Source of the DNA: Eledone cirrhosa
Taxonomy: Eukaryota
Length of the DNA stretch: 64,000 nt
Reading direction: 5' to 3'
Assembly (NCBI GenBank): GCA_964016885.1
Contig: OZ024740.1
Location: 294,252,001-294,316,000 of the forward strand
The position numbers and the translations under genes were made by a program. Below the pieces are notes generated by a model. The model did not search any database. It was not told the origin of the DNA and saw only the letters and a program-made list of their open reading frames with translations. Shown in pieces: positions 25,474 to 39,273 of this stretch (positions are counted from its first letter, which is position 1; every line of letters begins with the position of its first letter).

Positions 25474-25870
25474 AGGAAAAGATATGACCCCGATGGCAGA
25501 GCTCAAGCCGTTTCAAAGGCTATTTCTGGACTAAATTAGAATTTTTAGCCTGGTAAATAAATAGCCGAACTTGTCAAGGGGTACTTCCTTATATGGGAAG
25601 ATTGTAGTTGTTGAGAGGATTGGTTAAAATGTGTTGTAAACACAAATAAGTCTATCATGGCATTTGGTGGAAGGGAGGGGTGGCTGAACTTGCCTGTAGA
25701 ACAATGAGGGAGTGAGTGGAGCCGGTCAGGCGTTGAAAGTGAAATCTATACAGCATATTCTAAGGATAGTGTATGAAAAGTCGAAAAATTGTTCTGGAGA
25801 AAAAGGAGGAGGCAGGTTATAATAGGTAAGTCAAATGGGAGTAGGAGACAATAAAAAATAATAGAAAAAA
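25474..25870. repeat. Contiguous repeat E-F (uninterrupted copy)
   Basis: E (atgaccccga.ggcagagctcaagccgtt...ctggact) also at 32450-32505 and 39139-39400, followed directly by F. Confidence 0.75.
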
Positions 25871-26074
25871 AAAATATATATATATATAGATAGATAAAAT
25901 TAGATAGTGAGAAATGAATAAAAAAAAAACAACAAAAAAAACAGCAGAGTCTAGAAACAGCTGCTCTAATTAGTAGGTGTTGCTTGTACAGCCAAAGCTA
26001 TAGAAAAGGTTAATAAGTTGAGAATGGAAAATACTAAATAAGAAATTGTAGAAGTGGGTAGTGAAAAAATATAA

Positions 26075-26255
26075 TTATTTCTACGTTAGGCACAAGGCCA
26101 GCAATTACCCAGTGCATTACTGGGACTTTATTTTATCGACCCCGTAAGGATGAAAGGCAAAGTTAACCTCGGCGGGATTTGAACTCAGAATGGCAAGGGC
26201 CGTAACTCTATGCGTCAAAGCATGGTGTCCGACCCTCTACCAATACTGCCAATCT
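26075..26255 (-). mobile_element. SINE family S2
   Basis: Matches 18822-19008. Confidence 0.85.
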
Positions 26256-28725
26256 ACGAAAAATATAATGCAAAATTTTCAGGGGTCTAACACAGCTGCT
26301 ATAAATAGTTAGTTAAGTGTTTTCCGCCAATGCTATCTTACAATTACAGGTTAATAAGTTAAGGATAGAAAATACTAAATAAGAAATTTTGAAATTGTAG
26401 AATTGGAGTAGTAACAAAAATGATACAAAATTACAGTTGTCTAACACATCTGCTATAAATGGTTAGTAAAGCGTATTTGGCCAATTCTATCTTAAAATTA
26501 CAGGGGTGGGGGTACTGAGGCTACAGAGGCCCGATGGGCTGCATCGGAGTAGGCGAAAGGGGAAAAACAGACGAGGAAGAAGATCGGGGGGTGGAAGGAA
26601 GTGATAGGATGAGTCAGGGGGAAGAAGAAAACATATATACATATACATATATATATATACTTGGGGAGGGTCATATTTGTGTAATATTGCCAAAATTAAT
26701 AACAGAACACACTCACTGTTTGGTTGGTTTTCGCTTCTCAAAAATACCCAGATAACATCGACAATATCCGTATGACTGATGTAAAACTACCGGAAGAATT
26801 TACCAATGACCACACAGTAAATATCTATGGGAACACTTTAATCAGTGAACAAGAACAACAAATCCTGCGGCTACCACCAAAATTTGCCATCTACAAAAAG
26901 ATTAACCCTATGGAGTGCAAAACGGAGCTGGAAAAGTGTTTCACAAAAATACGTTGGAATGCAAAGGTAAACAACAACAACAATAATAACGGTAGTAGTA
27001 ATATAAACAATAACTCTGAGTATAGAAATAACAGCCATAACTATAACAATAGCAGGAAAGTGAGAAATAGTGATAATGGTAATAATACTAGCGATAGACA
27101 GAACAACAACAACCACAATAATAATAATAATAATTGTTACTACTTTTGGCACAAGGCCAGCAATTACTAGCAATCATAACAATAATAATAATGCTAATGA
27201 TAGAAACAACAACAACCACCCTGATAACAATAATAGCAACACACACAACTATGACGATAGATATAATGACAACCCCTTAGAGAAACTATTTTTCAGCCCA
27301 GCTGACAAAACATATAAGATGGGTAATATCTATCCTACGAGGTTACCCTTTAATAAAAGAGTTTGCATACCACAACAAATAGATGACGAGACAGAGGCAC
27401 AGTTCACCATAGCTAGAAATAAGATTAGACAAATAGTAGACAGGTATACTAAGAGACAGAGCAGACCAGAGGCCCAACAACTTGGGAGGAAACCTGTAGA
27501 AGGCTTGGTTAGCCTCAAGCAGCGCACAAGGGATGGTGAGGTAGTGTGTCTACCCACAGATAAGTCTGGTAGGATGTCAATAGATAGCATGCCGAACTAC
27601 ATCGAGGCTATGCAACCCCACATCACCAACACGAGCGAAATTGCACAACAAACACACGATGGGAGAGAAAAAATCCTCAACGCTCACATGATGATGTGGA
27701 CTGACATCCTAAAGCCAAGCAGACGCACTGCCAACAACTTCCAGGCGTCTAACAATGGCATACCACCCTTGTATGGGCTCCGCAAAGACCACAAGACAGT
27801 CGACGACCCGACAACAGGACCACCAACAAGACCCGTATGCGGAGCTAATATAGTTAGCAACTACAGGATCTCCTACTTCCTCTCAATGGTTATACGCCCC
27901 ATAATCAAGATGTCCCCAGATGTATGTGACAGTACAGAGGACCTCCTCAGCAGAATCAGTGAGTGCAACAAAAACGGGAGCCTATCCAACTGCATAATAG
28001 GCAGCATGGATGTGGTGTCACTGTACCCATCCATTAACATTGATTTTGCTGTGAAAAGATGTGTGGAGATGATCATTGAGAGTGAGGTGGAGTTCTGCGA
28101 CGTCGACACAGACGAACTGGGCCTCCTACTTAGACTTACCTACGACACTGACTACTTAGACAGCCATGACCTTAGATGTTTCTGCCCTAGTAGACCTATA
28201 AGAGGTAGACCCCCCACCATAACCTCAATCACAAAAGACTCCCATGGGAAGGTGGATTGGGTGGATCAAAGCTATACGGACCCCCCAAAACAATGATCAG
28301 GTAAAAAAAAAAAAAATAGTCGCACATGCAATAGGGGCTAGTATCAAAACTACCCTAAAGGGCCACATATTTAAGTTCAACGAGAAAATCTACACCCAAA
28401 ATGAGGGAGCAGCCATCGGCGTCAGCATAGCTGGTGATGTTGCCAACCTTTTCATGGTATGGTGGGAAAGGAGACTTAAAGATCTCCTTAATGAAAGCTC
28501 CATAGACCTCATCATGTACTCTCGTTATGTAGACGATATCAATATAGTTATAAGAACACCCCCACTAGAGGGTACTAACAAGTTTGATTTAGAACGTAGC
28601 ACGATGGAAAGCATCCAGCAGATAGCTAATTCCATACACCAGAGTATAACTGTAACTATCGACTTCCCTTCCAAACACCCTAACAATAGACTACCTGTAT
28701 TAGACACAGAACTCTGGATTAACAC

Positions 28726-30809
28726 TATAGCGGGGTACTAGCGTGTATGAATGTAACAAGGAGACATTGTTTGTGTGTATAATATTTAATCAACAATTTA
28801 ACAGTATAGTTGACATGTCAATGAAATAGATGAAAGAATGAAGCAAAGTTAGTAGTTACCGTTTTGATTGCCAGGCAAACGCGAGACGCCTGGCAAAGGC
28901 CAGGCGCCGGAAGGGCAAATGAGAGGGTGAGAACTTAAAGTTATTAGTTTTATAGGGTTCTGACCGGAAGTTACAGAAAGGGTTCTACTTCCCGTCTAGA
29001 TGTTGTTAATCTATTGGGGTTGTGAGTCACAACAAGAGAGGCAACTGCTACATAACCTCCCGCCAGAATTTTAGAATATAAAAATCGAATGAAACATGTA
29101 GCAAGTTGGCGAGAATGTTGTAACAGCATGAAAATTACGACAAAAGAATGTTTTCAAAAATCAATGATAGATATCAAGGTAGCCAACCGCTCTTGGCCAG
29201 AGAACGACTGGACATCTATCTATCCATCACCCAAAGATACAATGTAATAAAGTAAGAGAAGAGATCAAAGTTCAAATGTACAAAATATAGTTCACATGAC
29301 AGCAGGAAAGAAAGTGTGTTCCAGAGAATGAATGCAGGTGGTTTCTGTTCTGTGGTATATTGTGAAATTTCCAACCTCCGAATGGATTTTCTCACAGGAA
29401 GAGTGCTGCAAAAATAAATTCTCTGGCTTGTTCTGCTGGTTTTGGTTGTTGGTGAAGCTGTGTTGCTGTTGATGTTGTTGTCTCGTGGAGTGAGCGTATT
29501 CGGTGTTTAAATTCACAGTAAAAAAATTTTTTTAAGAAAAAATGAGTTGCGCAAAGTGCTAGAAATAACAGCCGAAGTTGATGGTCGATGTTGAGAATGC
29601 GTTGACCTGGAAGGGTCAAGAGGCCAGCGACCAAAGAAATAAGCATTCTGAATAAATGCGCAGTTTTCAACGGCAAATTTACGTGGTAAATTTGTAAACC
29701 GGCAAATAGGAGAATATAGCTTAAGGCTGAAGAATCCTTGGCGAGAAACGTTATCTCTGGTGCGCGGCTATCTCTGTGAGTCGAGATATCTCCGTGAGTT
29801 GAGAATTTGTGCTGCCTACACGTGCCAATACAAGGTTAAGTTAGGTTGAAAAAAACACTATTTCTAACGCGCGAGAAAATGAAAGTGCAACAGGTCGTTG
29901 GCAGCAATTTTGAAAAAAATGTGTGTGTGAAAGTGACAATTATGAAAAAGAAAGGCTTCACTTAGCATAATTATTGGTGTGAACTTTGAAAAAAAACTTG
30001 AACGATGAAGGAAACGATGAAAAAAAAAAGGCAATGGTTCATCGAAAATAAATGTTCCTGTTGAAATGTTTTTAAAAAAAAAAAAATATCAAATTTCTTT
30101 TTTTTTTTTTGAAAGTGTTCGTTGTAGGAAACGAGAAACACATATATATCGTGAAATGCGACAGTTAGTTGATGCGTGAGAGAAAAAGTCTGTCTGAACG
30201 CGAATTTCACATGTGCGTGGTGTGTTCGTTTCTTGGAGAAACATATATATATATACAGCAAACTGCGACAGTTAGTTGATGCGTGAGAGAAAAAGTCTGT
30301 CTGCACGAAAGTTTCGCATGTGCGTTTCTTTGACTGAGTATTTTCATAGTTTGTCAATAAATTTGCTGTGTATTTGTAATGTTACTCACACAACACCAGA
30401 TTCTGCTATTTTTTTCTTTTTTCGGGGTGTCGCCAATGTAGCGATGAACGGCTGCATGTTCGTATCACGTCAGGGTTACCAATATAGCGGAGAACTCGTG
30501 TGTATGAATGTAACAAGGAGACATTGTTTGTGTGTATAATATTTAATCAACAATTTAACAGTATAGTTGACATGTCAATGAAATAGATGAAAGAATGAAG
30601 CAAAGTTAGTAGCTACCGTTTTGATTGCAAGGCAAACGCGAGACGCCTGGCAAAGGCCAGGCGCCGGAAGGGCAAATGAGAGGGTGAGAACTTAAAGTTA
30701 TTAGTTTTATAGGGTTCTGACCGGAAGTTACAGAAAGGGTTCTACTTCCCGTCTAGAAGTTGTTAATCTATTGGGGTTGTGAGTCACAACAAGGGAGGCA
30801 ACTGCTACA
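28726..30809 (-). mobile_element. Non-autonomous LTR element (LTRs 28726-29052 and 30437-30809; TSD ACAC)
   Basis: Near-identical direct repeats ending TGCTACA; ACAC at 28722-28725 and 30810-30813; PBS-like TGGCGAC and PPT ggcgggagg on the minus strand; no gag/pol recognised. Confidence 0.9.
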
Positions 30810-32003
30810 ACACTATAGACGAGAGAGCCCAAATTCTCCACTCACACTATGCTAAACCCATGGCCTCCAAATACCTGATACTCAAAAACTCAGCAATGTC
30901 CAGTACTGCTAAGTTTAATATTCTGATCGCAGATTTGGTACGAGTGATGAAGAATGTGTCCCGCATGTGCGACCCAACAGAAATGGAAAGACACATCCAA
31001 CACTTCATCAACCGCATGCAGTTCTCTGGCTACAACCAAAGAGACAGAGTCAGAGTATACGAAGGAGCCATGGAAAAGTATAAGACTCTCATAGAACTGG
31101 ACACGAAAGGAATTTGCCCATTATACAGGAGCAAATCATGGAATAGCTTAGATAGGGCTAGACATAAGATAGGGAAAGCCACCTCATGGTACGACAACCA
31201 GAGATACCAGAGTGTCATGTTTGTGGACGCCACCCCTGGAGGGAAATTAGCTAACCAGTGTAGAAAGGCCCTGAGAAAGACCCACTTAAAAATAAAGGTG
31301 GTAGAAAAGCCAGGAACCACCATAAAATCCCTGATCAGCAAAACCTACCATTTTAAGAAAACCCACTGTACCAATAGGAAATGTATCATATGTAAGGTGA
31401 ACCCCCGGATAAACTGTAAAACTAGAAACGTAGTCTATAGCATAAGATGTACAGAGGGTACTTGCAGAAACATGACAACAACATACATAGGTGAGACAGC
31501 TCGTAGCATAGGTGAAAGGATAGACCAACACTGGGGGGAACTAAAAGGACGAAAAAACGGGTCAGTACTATACGAACATGCTAGACAACAACATGACGGT
31601 AACATAAACAACATAGAAATTAGAATAATATCTAAACATAGAAATGACACAGCAGATAGGCAAATCAGAGAGGCCAGTGAAATAGAACTTAGAAGGCCAA
31701 GGCTAAACAGAAAGAATGAATGGAATAACAACAACACCCACACAAACAACACTGACCTAAGAGAAGTATAAATAAGTAAATAAAATAAGATAAATAAATA
31801 AATAAATACATACACAAGCACAATAACAAGCACATAAACACACACTAGTCACCCATCACACAGCAAACAATACTATACACACACGCAAACGCATGCGCAA
31901 AGAAGACAAAATAAAATAAACAAACAAGCAAATAAATAAATAAATATATAGACAGACTGAATAAAAATGGTGTAGACATACAACATAACAGGAGGAAAAT
32001 ATA

Positions 32004-32040
32004 ACACCACTGACGATGTTGCAGATGTGCAACGAAAGAT
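32004..32040 (+). ncRNA. Partial hammerhead core in the PLE 3' region
   Basis: CUGACGA u guugca gaug ugcaac GAAA. I could not close stems I and III by eye. Confidence 0.45.
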
Positions 32041-32310
32041 TTATGATAAACTATATATATGTGTTTGTGTCTATATTGTATCTGTATTATTTTTGACCGT
32101 CGGTCAGTCAATGGCAACATTGAGAACCGAGTAAGTTAGATTACCGATATAAAAGACAGCAAGAAGCGAAAACCAACCAAACAGTGAGTGTGTTCTGTTA
32201 TTAATTCTGGCAATATTACACAAATATGACCCTCCCCAAGTATAACAATATTTGTTTCGACACACGATTTCATATAAAAAACCTCGCAAAACTAATTTAT
32301 ATATATATAC

Positions 32311-32377
<67 letters not shown>

Positions 32378-32505
32378 TACACAAACATACACACACATAT
32401 ATACACATATACACACATTTATATATACATATACATATATATATACATGAAAAAGTATGACCCCAACGGCAGAGCTCAAGCCGTTTCGACGGCTATTTCT
32501 GGACT

Positions 32506-34310
32506 CATCATCATCACCGTTTTACGTCCGTTCTTCCACGCTAGCATGGGTTAGACGGGTTGTCCTGTTGTGGGCAGTGTCTGGTCGGCTGACCAAGCCT
32601 TGCTCATACAGGAACTGATTTGGCTTGATTTCTACAGCTGGATGCCCTTCCTAACACCAACCTCATTTACAGTGAGTGCTGGGTGCTTTTTTGTGGCGCC
32701 TACACGTCCACTTTACAGTGTGGGCTGGGTGCTTTTTTGCATCACATGTCCATACCAACGCATCCGTCTCTCCTGCACACAGCATTTGATTCCTCTTATG
32801 CTCAGTCTCTCTCTCAATTCATTTATGCTTTGTCGTTCACGTATATTACTGTTACACATCCATCGGAGCATGCAGGCTTCGTTTCTCTCTAATCTACATA
32901 AGTCTTCCACCTTCAGCGCCCAGGTCTCACTACCATGCAACATCGCTGTTCGGATACACGCATCATACAGTCTGCCTTTCATTCTGAGGGAGAAGCCTTT
33001 TGCAGCTAGCAGTGGTAGTAGTTCCCTAAACTTCTTCCATCCCGTTCTTACCCTAGTTATTGTACTTTCTGAACACCCACCTCCGCTGCTAATTCAGTCA
33101 CCTAGGTAGCAGAAGCTGTCTACTGTTTCTACAGAGCCCTCCCAGAGATTGGTGGTACTTGTTTCCTGTGGCTGTTTGCTGCTTGCTGTCCCAGTACAGC
33201 TGCTTCATGTGAAGCCTGCATTCTTAATTAAGTTTCCTGAGATCCCGCTACATCTCTTGTGTACCCATTGTTTGCATTTGGGGCAGAGAATGGAGTTCCT
33301 ACCTACACCTTTCCTACATACTGAGCAAGGCCATTTCCCTGAGGGGATCTGGGTTCTGTTCTCTCATCTACTTACAAGGACCTTAGTCTTTGTCATGTTG
33401 ACTTTGAGACCCTTTCTTTCTAGTCCCTGCTTCCAAGTTTGGAATTTATTCTCTAGTTCTACCATAGATTCAGCTATAAGTGCGAGGTCATCAGCATACA
33501 GGAGTTCCCATGGGCATCCGGTCTTAAACTCCTCCGTTATTGCCTGCAGAACTATGATGAACAGGAGAGGGCTAAGAACAGAGCCCTGGTGGACCCCAAC
33601 CTGTACGCTAAATTCTTCGCTATACTCATTGCTAATCCTAACTTTGCTGACTGCTCCCCTATACATGGCTTGTACCGCTTTCACAAGCCATTCATCTACT
33701 CCTAGTTTTCTAAGAGCCCACCAGATTACAGCACATGGGACTCTGTCAAAGGCTTTCTCAAGGTCGACAAATGCCAAGTAGAGTGGCTTACTTTTAGCTA
33801 GGTACTTTTCCTGTAACTGCCTCACAAGGAAGAGGGCATCAGTGGTGCCTCTTCCTGGTACAAACCCAAATTGCATCTCGTCTATTTTCACCCGGTCCCT
33901 AATCAACTGTGCTATAACTCTTTCTGTTACTTTCATGACCTGGTCCATCAACTTTATACCTCTATAGTTTCCTCTATCTAGTGCATCACCTTTACCTTTG
34001 TAGCAGTTGACAATGATGCTACTGCACCAATCTTTTGGTATGGCACCTTCTAGTATTACCTGGTTAACAATACGTGTGGTTATAGTGTGACCTACAGACC
34101 CAGATGCCTTCAGCATCTCGGCAGCTATACCCGATGAACCGGTTGCCTTCCCCATCTTCATATCTTTGATTGCCTTACTTACTACGTTGCTGCTGACTTG
34201 TACTGCTGGCCCCTCTATAAGGTCTACTTGGGGTAGGGTCTCTTCTTCCCATACATTCTCCTCATTTAGTAATCTATCATAATGACTCTTCCATGCATCT
34301 TTCTTCTCAT
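32506..34310 (-). mobile_element. RTE family B, 5'-truncated, with internal deletion near 32739
   Basis: RT ORF 33364-34161; tail (GAT)n at 32506. Confidence 0.92.
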
Positions 34311-34319
34311 TAGAATTTT

Positions 34320-35136
34320 TAAGTTCAGGGAACTACTGCCACTGCTAGCTGCAAAAGGCTTCTCCCTCAAAATGAAAGGCAGACTGTATGATGCGTGTAT
34401 CCGAACAACAATGTTACATGGTAGTGAGACCTGGGCGCTGAAGGTGGAAGACTTACGGAGATTAGAAAGAAACGAAGCCTGCATGCTCCGATGGATGTGT
34501 AATAGTAATATACGCGAACGACAAAGCATAAATGAATTGAGAGAGAGACTGAGCATAAGAGGAATCAAATGCTGTGTGCAGGAGAGACGGATGCGTTGGT
34601 ATGGACATGTGATGCGTATGAAGGATGACAGTTGCATAAAAAGGTGCAGAGCACTAGAAGTCGATGGAAACCGCGGAGTGGGGAGACCCAAGATGACCTG
34701 GGATGAGGTGATAAAAGCCGACCTTACCCAATTACACCTCTCAAAAGCGATGACACACGATCGTGACCTCTGGCGTTAGGCAGTAATACAGAGTACCCGA
34801 CCTCCCATGGGTACAAGCTGAAACATATAGACAATATGCCCCCACACCCCCCACTGCAAGGTGGTTGTGGAGGTGCCACGGCAAAAAAGCACCCAGCCCA
34901 CACTGTAAAGTGGACGTGTAGGCGCCACGAAAAAGCACCCAGCACTCACTGTAAATGAGGTTGGTGTTAGGAAGGGCATCCAGCTGTAGAAATCAAGCCA
35001 AATCAGTTCCTGTATGAGCAAGGCATGGTCAGCCGACCAGACACTGTTCACAACAGGACAACCCGTCTAACCCATGCTAGCGTGGAAGAACGGACGTAAA
35101 ACGGTGATGATGATGATGATGAGGATGATGATGATG
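34320..35136 (+). mobile_element. RTE family B 3' fragment
   Basis: KFRELLPLLAAKGFS...; full 3' UTR and (GAT)n tail. Confidence 0.92.
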
Positions 35137-35380
35137 AGCCTGGTAAATAAATAGCTGAACTTGTCAAGGGGTACTTCCTTATATGGGAAGATTGTAGTTG
35201 TTGAGAGGATTTGTCAAAATTTGTTGTAAACACAAATAAGTCTATCATGGCATTTGGCGGGAGGGAAAGGTGGCTGAACTTGCCTGTAGAACAATGAGGG
35301 AGTGAGTGGAGCCGGTCAAGCGTTGAAAGTGAAATCTATACAGCAGATTCTAAGGATAGTGTATGAAAAGTCGAAAAATT

Positions 35381-37667
35381 ACTGAGTACCGCCAAAGGTC
35401 TCGGTCCAGTGACATTGTCTTGGAGAGGTGTAAGTGTGTGAGGTCGGAATTTATCAGGTCGTCCCAGGTTTTTCTGGGTCTGCCTACCCCGTGGCTACCG
35501 TCTATCTTTATTGCCCTGCACTTTGTTATACAGCTGTCGTCTTTCATGCGCATCACATGACCATACCAACGTAGCCTTCTCTCGAGTAAACAACATCTGA
35601 TCCCTCTTATTTCTAATTTTTTCCTTAGTTCGTTTATGCTTTGCCGTTCACGTATATTACTATTACACATCCAGCGGAGCATGCAAGCTTCGTTCCTCTC
35701 TAGTCTGCGTATATCCTCTGCACACAATGCCCAGGTCTCACTGCCATGCAACATTGCTGTTCGTATGCAGGCATCATACAACCTGCCTTTCATTTTTAGG
35801 GAGAACCCTTTAGCGGCTAATAGTGGTATAAGCTCTCTGAACTTTTTCCATCCAGTTCTGACTCTAGCTACTGTACTTTCAGAGCACCCTCCCCCACTGC
35901 TAATTTTGTCACCCAGGTAACGGAAGCTGTCCACTATTTCTATAGAACCCTCTGCGCAAGTAGAGCTAGTATTTTGTGGGCACTTGCTGCTACTTATTGC
36001 ACCAGAGCAGCGGCCACATGTAAAATCTATGTTCTTAGTTAGCTTACCTGTGATCTCACTATATCTTTTATGCACCCATACTTTACATTTGGGACATAAA
36101 ATGGAGTTTCTACCTACGCCTTTCCTACACACTGAGCATGGCCACTTCCCGGAAGGGACCGCCGCCTTATTTTCTTTCTTAGAAACTAGAACTTTAGTCT
36201 TAGCCAGGTTAATTTTAAGGCCTTTTGATTCTAGGCCGTGCTTCCATGTTTGGAATTTCTTCTCTAGCTCGGCCATTGATTCAGCTATGAGCGTTAGATC
36301 GTCTGCGTATAGGAGTTCCCATGGGCAGCCGGTCTTGAACTCCTCTGTTATAGCCTGAAGGGCAATAATAAATAATAAGGTGCTAAGAACAGAGCCCTGA
36401 TGGACGCCAACTTTTACGCTAAACTCTTCACTATATTCGTTGTTAATTCTAACCTTGCTGACTGTTTCTTTATACATGGCTTGTATAGCTCCCACAAGCC
36501 ATTCGTCAACACCTAGTTTTCTAAGAGCCCACCAGATAATGGAACGGGGGACTCTATCGAAGGCTTTCTCCAAGTCGACAAAAGCTAAGTATAGGGGTTT
36601 ACTTTTAGCTAGGTACTTCTCCTGTAGTTGTCGTACAATGAAAAGAGCGTCTGTGGTACTTTTGCCTGACACAAACCCGAACTGCATTTCATCTAGATCA
36701 ATTCTCTCTCTGATTAGTTGCGCTATTACTTTTTCCGTGACCTTCATGACCTGGTCGATTAATTTAATGCCTCTATAGTTACTCCTATCTAGGGCATCTC
36801 CTTTACCCTTATAACAGTTAATGATGATGCTGCTACGCCAGTCCTTCGGAACAACCCCATTCTGTACGACTTGGTTTACTATCCGGGTGACCATGGTGTG
36901 TCCCACCGTTCCAGATGCCTTCAACATCTCAGCAACTATTTCCGAAGGCCCAGCTGCCTTACCCGTCTTCATATCTATGATTGCCTTACTTATTATACTA
37001 CCCTCGACTAACACTGCTGGTCCCTCTATTGGGTCGATGTGGGGGAGACTGTCTTTCTCCCATTTGTTCTCCTCATTTAGAAGCCTTTCGTAGTGACACT
37101 TCCAAGCTACCTTCTTATCAGCGTTGGTGATGGCAAGTACGCCATCATTATTAAGTACACACTTCTCCCCGACAATATCACGGTTTTCCTTGACACATTG
37201 CCTAGCAATCCTGAACACCTCACGTTTTTGGTCCTCGCGTTGTAGAACATGCTTGAACTTTCTTTCCTCTGCTTCCCTTCTTGCGAAGTACACTTGTCTC
37301 CTAGCTTCCCTCCTGGCCACTTGATAGTCTTCTCTACTTCCCCCATCCCGCCATACTTTCCAAGCCTGCTTTTTGGCCTTAATTGACCCCTCCACCTTAC
37401 TGTTCCACCACCATGTTACTCTCCTCCTGCCTACAGGCCTGCTCCAGCCACAGACTTCGTCTGCCGCCATCAGCAGGTTTGCTTTCAGGAATTCCCACTG
37501 TTCTTCTATATTGTACGACTCTAATTGCTCTTCCTTGCTGTCGAAAGCATCAAGTAGTATGCTTTTAAATTTATTTCTGGCTGTGGGGTCCTTTAGCTTC
37601 CATATTTTTCTCCTGAGGATAGTCCTCTTCTGCTGTCTAGTACGTCTCGTCCTGACTATTAGGTCGC
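35381..37667 (-). mobile_element. RTE family A internal copy with an open RT frame; 3' UTR missing
   Basis: ORF 35350-37818 is nearly identical to 22612-24905. Its ends run into F and a microsatellite. Confidence 0.93.
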
Positions 37668-37702
37668 TATATACACATATACACACACACACATATATAT
37701 AT

Positions 37703-37796
<94 letters not shown>

Positions 37797-38645
37797 GCCT
37801 AGAGCCACAAATAAACAATCGATCCGAGAGAAGCGAAATGAGGTGGTTGGTTTAAGTTAACAAACGATGCAGCAACACACGCACACACACACACACAGTA
37901 GCATTCCACCATACGAACATACTACACTGCCAACACAGAGGAACAAGGCAACAACACACGCACACACACACACTCAAGTGAGACAACAACACACACACAC
38001 ACACACACAGTAACATTCAACAAACAGGCAGAGAATGGACTGACAGCTAGCGCCACCCCACTCCCACAATTGAAAGAACTACTTCGGCCGCTGACCTCTG
38101 CCCGACCGATCCCATTTCACGCGCACGCGCGCTCTGCTGATTACCTCAGATATTCAAAACAACGAACAGCGGAGGACGTGTTTCACACCTTTCCGACAGA
38201 CAACCTTTCCCCCACCCCGGAAAAAACCCCCAGTTGATGGATGTGAATCCGAAATATATAGGGACAATTAAATCTCTCCCAAGGTAACTCTCTCTCGTAT
38301 TGTTATTTTTATTTTATCCGTTATGCTCTTTCCTTCATTCCTCTACACGTCTTATACACGCCACGCATCTCATCGTACACCCACTTACATCTCTCTCTCC
38401 ACCACCGGATCTTGTTACCCGGAGATTTACCCATCTGCATTGTCGAGGCTTCCAAACGACTTAAAGAAATTTACCTTATTATTCCACAATGCTTCAAGCA
38501 AACTTCAATACTCTCTTATATATATATATATATATACATATACATACATATACATACATATATATATATATATATATTCTGCTCTGTAAGAGCATAGAGT
38601 ACTCAACCGGCATACCGCCTATGGAAGCATCTTAGCTAACATCAG

Positions 38646-38716
<71 letters not shown>

Positions 38717-38761
38717 CACGCACACATATATATATATATATACACACATATATATATATAT

Positions 38762-38819
<58 letters not shown>

Positions 38820-39060
38820 AACACACACACAAACATACATAAGTAAACACAAACATACATATATATACACAGGTACACACATATATACATATATATATGT
38901 GTGTGTATATATATATATATATATATACACACAGATATATATATACATATATATGTATATATATATACACATATATACACACATACGCACATACATACAC
39001 ATACATATATACACATATACACACACATATATATATACACACACACACACATATATATAT

Positions 39061-39227
39061 AACAAAGGAATTGTGGTAAGGAACCAGATGGACCATAACG
39101 CACCAGAGTACTCAATACTTAGGGTAGTAGAGTGGGAAATAGGAAAAAGTATGACCCCGACAGCAGAGCTCAAGCCGTCGAAACGGCTTGAGCTCTGCCA
39201 TCGGGGTCATACTTTTTCCTATATATA

Positions 39228-39273
<46 letters not shown>

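Larger units (their letters stand above)
26656..32292 (+). mobile_element. Penelope-like element (Naiad-like): RT plus C-terminal GIY-YIG, disrupted
   Basis: DKSGR, PPLYGLRKDHK..RPVCGA, STEDLL, MDVVSLYPSI, RYVDD, PVLD; CxxxxCxxC linker; VVYSIRC...YIGETARS. The 5' 83 bp (26656-26738) is an inverted copy of 32162-32244. TA flanks. Confidence 0.9.

Noticed and set aside
30810-31771. Selenocysteine recoding in the Naiad-like PLE
   Set aside because: No in-frame TGA in this ORF; all linker cysteines use TGT/TGC.
35350-37818. 822-aa ORF as an intact gene
   Set aside because: It is an RTE fragment lacking the endonuclease; its start comes from a microsatellite and its end from repeat F.
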